From Candidatus Zixiibacteriota bacterium (GTDB lineage: Bacteria > Zixibacteria > MSB-5A5 > GN15 > JAAZOE01), in the NCBI GenBank assembly GCA_043819555.1, contig JBDREQ010000073.1:224001-288000 (forward strand): a DNA stretch of 64,000 nt, written 5' to 3'. Every line of letters starts with the position of its first letter. Positions within the stretch are counted from its first letter, which is position 1. Shown one piece after another: positions 59,930-64,000 of the stretch. Below the pieces are notes generated by a model. The model searched no databases and was not told the DNA's origin. It saw nothing but the letters and a program-made list of their open reading frames with translations. The translations under genes and the position numbers were made by a program.

Positions 59930-61654
59930 TTATTTTTTATACAATATCTTTCCGCCCACTATCGTATAAATAACATCGCATTCAAGGATATCTTCCTCCG
60001 GTACAGTCATTATATCTTTGGACAAAACAACTATATCCGCCAACTTTCCGGGCATGATTGATCCTTTAATATCCTCCTCGAACGAAGCGTAAGCCCCGTT
60101 AATTGTATATGATCTTAACGCTTCTTCCCGCGTCATTTTTTGATCCGGATAAAATAGCGAACCGTCCGCCAATTTCCTTGTCACCGACGCGTAAAAGCAC
60201 TTCAGCGGATTTTCACTTTCAACTGGAGTATCAGTGCCATTAACAATTACTGCTCCTGTATCCATTAACTTACGCCAAACATATGCACCTTCCTCAATCC
60301 GTTTGTCATCAAGGCGCGTATTTACCCATGGACCATCAGAAGTGCAATGAATGCCCTGCATAGAAGCAATTACCCCCATTTGGCCAAATCTTGGGATATC
60401 ATCCGTATGTAAATGCTGAGCATGCTCTATTCGCCATCGCAAATTATCACGACCCGCGATCGCCTCTTCATAAATATTCAATGTTTCGCGATTGCCTCTA
60501 TCACCAATCGCATGCGTACACAGCTGAAATCCACTCTCGATTGCCAGTCGGGCCGTCTCCCGCATGGCCTCGATTGAATCGGTATTGAGTCCGGTGCTGG
60601 TCGGTATGTCAATATACGGTTCCAAAAGCCAGGCCCCATGCGAGCCCAGCGCTCCATCAATTACCCTTTTTATCGAACGCACCGTCAAATAATTATTTCC
60701 ATATCCGATAATTTTATAATTCTCAAGTCGATCGATTAGGCTATCATTTACTTCTCCGATCATTGCGTTTATGCGAACATTTAATATTCCCCGATCAATT
60801 AATTCCTTATAAAAATCAATAATGCTGAATTTCACTCCGGCATCATTAAAACTTGTAACTCCGTTGGCCAAACATTCCTCAATAGCCAATTGCGCGGCCT
60901 CTAACCGCTCGGCTTCTATTTCCTCTTCAGAACGATTATTATAATACTCCTGGTAGGCATCATAGACCAGATCCTCCGCCATTTCTCGAAAAATACCAAT
61001 TGGTTTCCCATTTGAATCCTTGACAATTTCACCCCCTTCAGGATCAGGAGTATTTTCAACTATCCCGGCCAATTCAAGAGCTTTGGCATTGGCAATCACT
61101 GAATGACCGCTGGCATGTTCAAGAAGCACCGGATTATCGGGAGACACGTTACTCAATTTTGTATGATATGGCAGTCCATTGACATTCGGATTGGGAATTT
61201 TGTCCCATTTATCCTGATGCCATCCCCTGCCCAATATCCACTCGCCGGGCTGAGCCTCTTCCACCGCAGCGCGAACCATCTCAACAATTTCATCCCAATT
61301 TTTAGTTTCCGCCAGCCTCAATTTCATTAGGCTTAGCCCCAAACCCATGAAGTGACCATGTCCCTCAATAAATCCCGGAATTACCAGCTTACCTTCAAGA
61401 TCAATTGTTTGAGTATTAGTTCCCGCATAAATTTGAATGTCACTGCTACTGCCAATCGCGGTTATTTTATCCCCCTTGATCGCTATCGCCTCGACTTGGG
61501 CATTATTCTCATTCACGGTCACAACTTTTCCATTTAGCAATACCAAATCTGCCATTTCTATAGATGGGCCACATGAATTAATGATCAAAAGAAGCGCAAC
61601 AAGGCAGCCCCTGCAAATCCAATTCAATCCAAATATACAGTTCTTTCCAATCAT
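59930..61654 (-). CDS. Amidohydrolase_3 family (YtcJ-like) metallo-hydrolase, probable lipoprotein
   Basis: Possible lipobox INSC; PGFIEGHGH, DGALGS, HAIGD, RIEHAQ, GTD.P, GKLADIVVL. Confidence 0.9.
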   Translation of the reverse strand: MIGKNCIFGLNWICRGCLVALLLIINSCGPSIEMADLVLLNGKVVTVNENNAQVEAIAIKGDKITAIGSSSDIQIYAGTNTQTIDLEGKLVIPGFIEGHGHFMGLGLSLMKLRLAETKNWDEIVEMVRAAVEEAQPGEWILGRGWHQDKWDKIPNPNVNGLPYHTKLSNVSPDNPVLLEHASGHSVIANAKALELAGIVENTPDPEGGEIVKDSNGKPIGIFREMAEDLVYDAYQEYYNNRSEEEIEAERLEAAQLAIEECLANGVTSFNDAGVKFSIIDFYKELIDRGILNVRINAMIGEVNDSLIDRLENYKIIGYGNNYLTVRSIKRVIDGALGSHGAWLLEPYIDIPTSTGLNTDSIEAMRETARLAIESGFQLCTHAIGDRGNRETLNIYEEAIAGRDNLRWRIEHAQHLHTDDIPRFGQMGVIASMQGIHCTSDGPWVNTRLDDKRIEEGAYVWRKLMDTGAVIVNGTDTPVESENPLKCFYASVTRKLADGSLFYPDQKMTREEALRSYTINGAYASFEEDIKGSIMPGKLADIVVLSKDIMTVPEEDILECDVIYTIVGGKILYKK

Positions 61655-61681
61655 TTAACTCTCCCTATTCTCAATTTGCGC

Positions 61682-63073
61682 CTAATTGCTATAAAACGGT
61701 TTCCATTTTTCAACCGATGGTTTTTCCGTAATAAAACTCCCGAAAATCAGACAAAATAGTGACATGCCCAGCGCCGGATAAATTGTTGGAATATCGAACG
61801 GTTGATTCCCAAATTCCCATATTAAAGTTACCAGCATACCAGATGCAATAGAACTCACTCCCCCGGCGGCTGTTGCCCGCTTCCAGAAAAACGCCCCCAA
61901 TAGCGCCGGTGTGATACCAACCCCATACATTGTATAAGCATAAAGCGCCATCTCCAATATTTTTGTAAAAAACCTGACCTGCACAAAGGCGATAATTCCC
62001 AACAATACTACAACTATTCGCAGATATAAAACCATTTGCTTTTGAGACACTTCAGGATTAATAAACCGTTGATATATATCCCGCATTACGTTCGTGGCCG
62101 GAACCAGCAGGAATGAATCGGCCGTTGAAACAATTACGGCGACTATTGCAGCCAAACATAAACATCCGATTATCAGCGGCAAACCAAATCGCACCGAGTG
62201 CAAAATCACCATTTCTGATTCGATATCGGTAAACACCGAACTGCCTATTACAGCCAGGACAACTATTAAAGTTTCAACAATTATTGTCCCGATAATCCAG
62301 CCAATAACTGCTCTTTTAGCCGTTTTTTCATTGCGAGCCGAAAAAAATCTTTGATACATCCCCGATTCACCGAGGAGCAATAACATTGTCGGAAGCGAAT
62401 ATCCCAGCGCCTCAATCAAGGTCAACTTTCCAAGAGGCTGGAAATGAGTTTCCGGCAGCCGGGCCATTACGCCGCTCCACCCTCCTGCATTGTCAAGAAA
62501 AAACGGTAGAGCCACGAAAAATCCAACAACCATTATGATGCCATTGACAACATCGGTGTACGCGACCGATATCATTCCCGCCAGAACCGTATATCCGATA
62601 ACAAACAAAGCTGTTATGATTATCCCCTGGTCTATCGATATACCCGTAACCAGATTCAGCACCATGCCACCGGCCCGAAACTGATAGCTGACAATCGCGG
62701 TATAGGCGATTATTGTCACAATCGTTCCCAGCACCCGCGCCCATTTATTATAACGCGCTTCCAGAATATCCGGAACCGTGTATTGAGCGAAAGCTCGCAC
62801 CCTGCCGGCGATAAAATAAAGGACTATCAGCGCAACCCATACTCCGGCATTAAACCACAGGGCTGGCATACCGGTATCATACGCCAGACCCGCCCCGGCT
62901 ATAATCGAACCCGAACCAATCCAGGTTGCCAGCAGTGTCCCTATCAATACTTTCGAAGACAGCTTGCGCCCCGCTACCATAAAATCATCCTGTGATTTTA
63001 CATATTTACTGCGGTACGCACCGACTGCGACCAAAATTATCAAATAACCAATGATAACCCAAAAATAAGTCAT
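61682..63073 (-). CDS. Sodium:solute symporter (SSS) family protein
   Basis: DFMVAGR, TVPDILE.RY, SVAYTD, YQRFFSA, STADS; about 13 TMs. Confidence 0.93.
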   Translation of the reverse strand: MTYFWVIIGYLIILVAVGAYRSKYVKSQDDFMVAGRKLSSKVLIGTLLATWIGSGSIIAGAGLAYDTGMPALWFNAGVWVALIVLYFIAGRVRAFAQYTVPDILEARYNKWARVLGTIVTIIAYTAIVSYQFRAGGMVLNLVTGISIDQGIIITALFVIGYTVLAGMISVAYTDVVNGIIMVVGFFVALPFFLDNAGGWSGVMARLPETHFQPLGKLTLIEALGYSLPTMLLLLGESGMYQRFFSARNEKTAKRAVIGWIIGTIIVETLIVVLAVIGSSVFTDIESEMVILHSVRFGLPLIIGCLCLAAIVAVIVSTADSFLLVPATNVMRDIYQRFINPEVSQKQMVLYLRIVVVLLGIIAFVQVRFFTKILEMALYAYTMYGVGITPALLGAFFWKRATAAGGVSSIASGMLVTLIWEFGNQPFDIPTIYPALGMSLFCLIFGSFITEKPSVEKWKPFYSN

Positions 63074-63578
63074 GATAATTTTCCCATTCTCTAAAGGCAG
63101 CTATTCGTGATAAAACAGCCTGAATTAAATCATAAAGTCTGAAGATACTCATTTCCAAAGGCATAAATCAAGCCTAAGCATATACGATTAATAGTCTGCT
63201 CATTAACGCCCCTCCTCAAATGCGAACCAGCCCGGCGATGGAAGGACTCATATTAAACTATTACTTCAAGTTGCGACCCGCATCTCTTATACTCATAATA
63301 TATTATGGGCAACGGTCAAATGGCATAAAAAATCTGTTAAATCCTTATGCTCAAAAAATGCTAAAATTGCTCGCTTCTCGCATAAGATTTTTGTCTCCAG
63401 TATTTTGATTTTTCATTGTAAAATCACTTGATTCCTCAAAGCAAAATTATTATGATTTGTGATTCTTTAAGTAAGCTATATTCTTGCGCCATGGCATTGA
63501 ATTATGAGACATAAATGTTATCAATAGATGATTTTGCTGATTAAAAATTTGAGTATTATTATTCCCAAGGAGAAAAAA

Positions 63579-64000
63579 ATGTTCATCGCTAAATGGAAAA
63601 ATCTATTGGCCACAATTACTCTGCTCACATCGCTATTTTTACTAACCGGCGGCGCGGCGTTAGCCGGAACAATTACGGGTCAGATCACTGATAAGGCGGA
63701 CGGAATCGCATTATACCGTGCATCTGTCTCCGTTACTCCGGTCACCGGTGGAAAATCTACCGGAGCCATGACCGATGAAAATGGCAACTTTGAAATTAAA
63801 AATCTCTCTGCGGGTACTTATAACATCTCTATTTCATCTATGGGATATTCGCCTCAAACGATTTCAAGTGTGGCTATTACCGAATCCGATACAAAAACTA
63901 TCACAGCCAATCTGGCTTCAACCTATATTAATATGGATGCCGTTTCAGTCAGTGCGTCCCGCCGCCCTGAAAAGATCGTTGATGCTCCCGCCTCAGTCAA
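63579..64000 (+). CDS. TonB-dependent receptor, N-terminal part (3'-truncated; not in the ORF track)
   Basis: SD AAGGAG; MFIAKWKNLL...ALA signal peptide; GTITGQITD...TDENGNFEIKNLSAGTY...SMGY (CarboxypepD_reg-like); AVSVSASRRPEKIVDAPASV (TonB box/plug start). Confidence 0.88.
   Translation, partial: MFIAKWKNLLATITLLTSLFLLTGGAALAGTITGQITDKADGIALYRASVSVTPVTGGKSTGAMTDENGNFEIKNLSAGTYNISISSMGYSPQTISSVAITESDTKTITANLASTYINMDAVSVSASRRPEKIVDAPASV

Noticed and set aside
63294..63307. Second dif site (CATAA...TTATG)
   Set aside because: The spacer is 4 bp rather than 6, and the outer arms do not match.
1..64000. CRISPR array, DGR/retron, prophage, IS element, T-box leaders
   Set aside because: No regularly spaced repeats, reverse transcriptase, integrase, transposase, phage genes or T-box motifs were seen by eye.

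Overview
Bacterial chromosomal segment of roughly 40% GC (estimated by eye). C-terminal dockerin-type duplicated Ca-binding repeats on secreted proteins and a CarboxypepD_reg-type TonB receptor suggest an FCB-group diderm, probably Zixibacteria (inference). The left half (1-34.2 kb) is almost all + strand housekeeping: rimO-slt-bamD-nadD-polA-coaE, a single-chain transketolase, an aminotransferase, a peptidoglycan-recycling trio (NlpC/P60, Ala-Glu epimerase, amidase), proS, rimP-nusA-infB-DUF503-[rbfA::nrnA fusion]-truB-ribF-rpsO-pnp-M16 peptidase-deacetylase, asnS and leuS. It is interrupted only by tRNA-Arg(CCG) and a broken dockerin-protein gene. A 28-bp dif-like XerCD site at 34306-34333 lies where gene orientation flips, so the window probably spans the replication terminus. 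The right half is mostly - strand: pabAB, a coiled-coil protein, a PBP7-like peptidase, a NatAB-like ABC exporter, DUF72 coupled to an unannotated 42-aa zinc-ribbon protein, a sugar ABC permease set, OmpA lipoprotein, MscS, Ig-like and TPR lipoproteins, tyrS, PBP1A, tRNA-Leu(CAA) and an intact dockerin protein. It ends with a catabolic cluster (Na+/solute symporter, amidohydrolase, FAD subunit, fused 2Fe-2S/HcrA-like molybdoenzyme, GGT-like hydrolase) and the start of a TonB-dependent receptor. No transposase, integrase, reverse transcriptase, CRISPR array or rRNA was seen. All calls come from motif recognition by eye; no searches were run.
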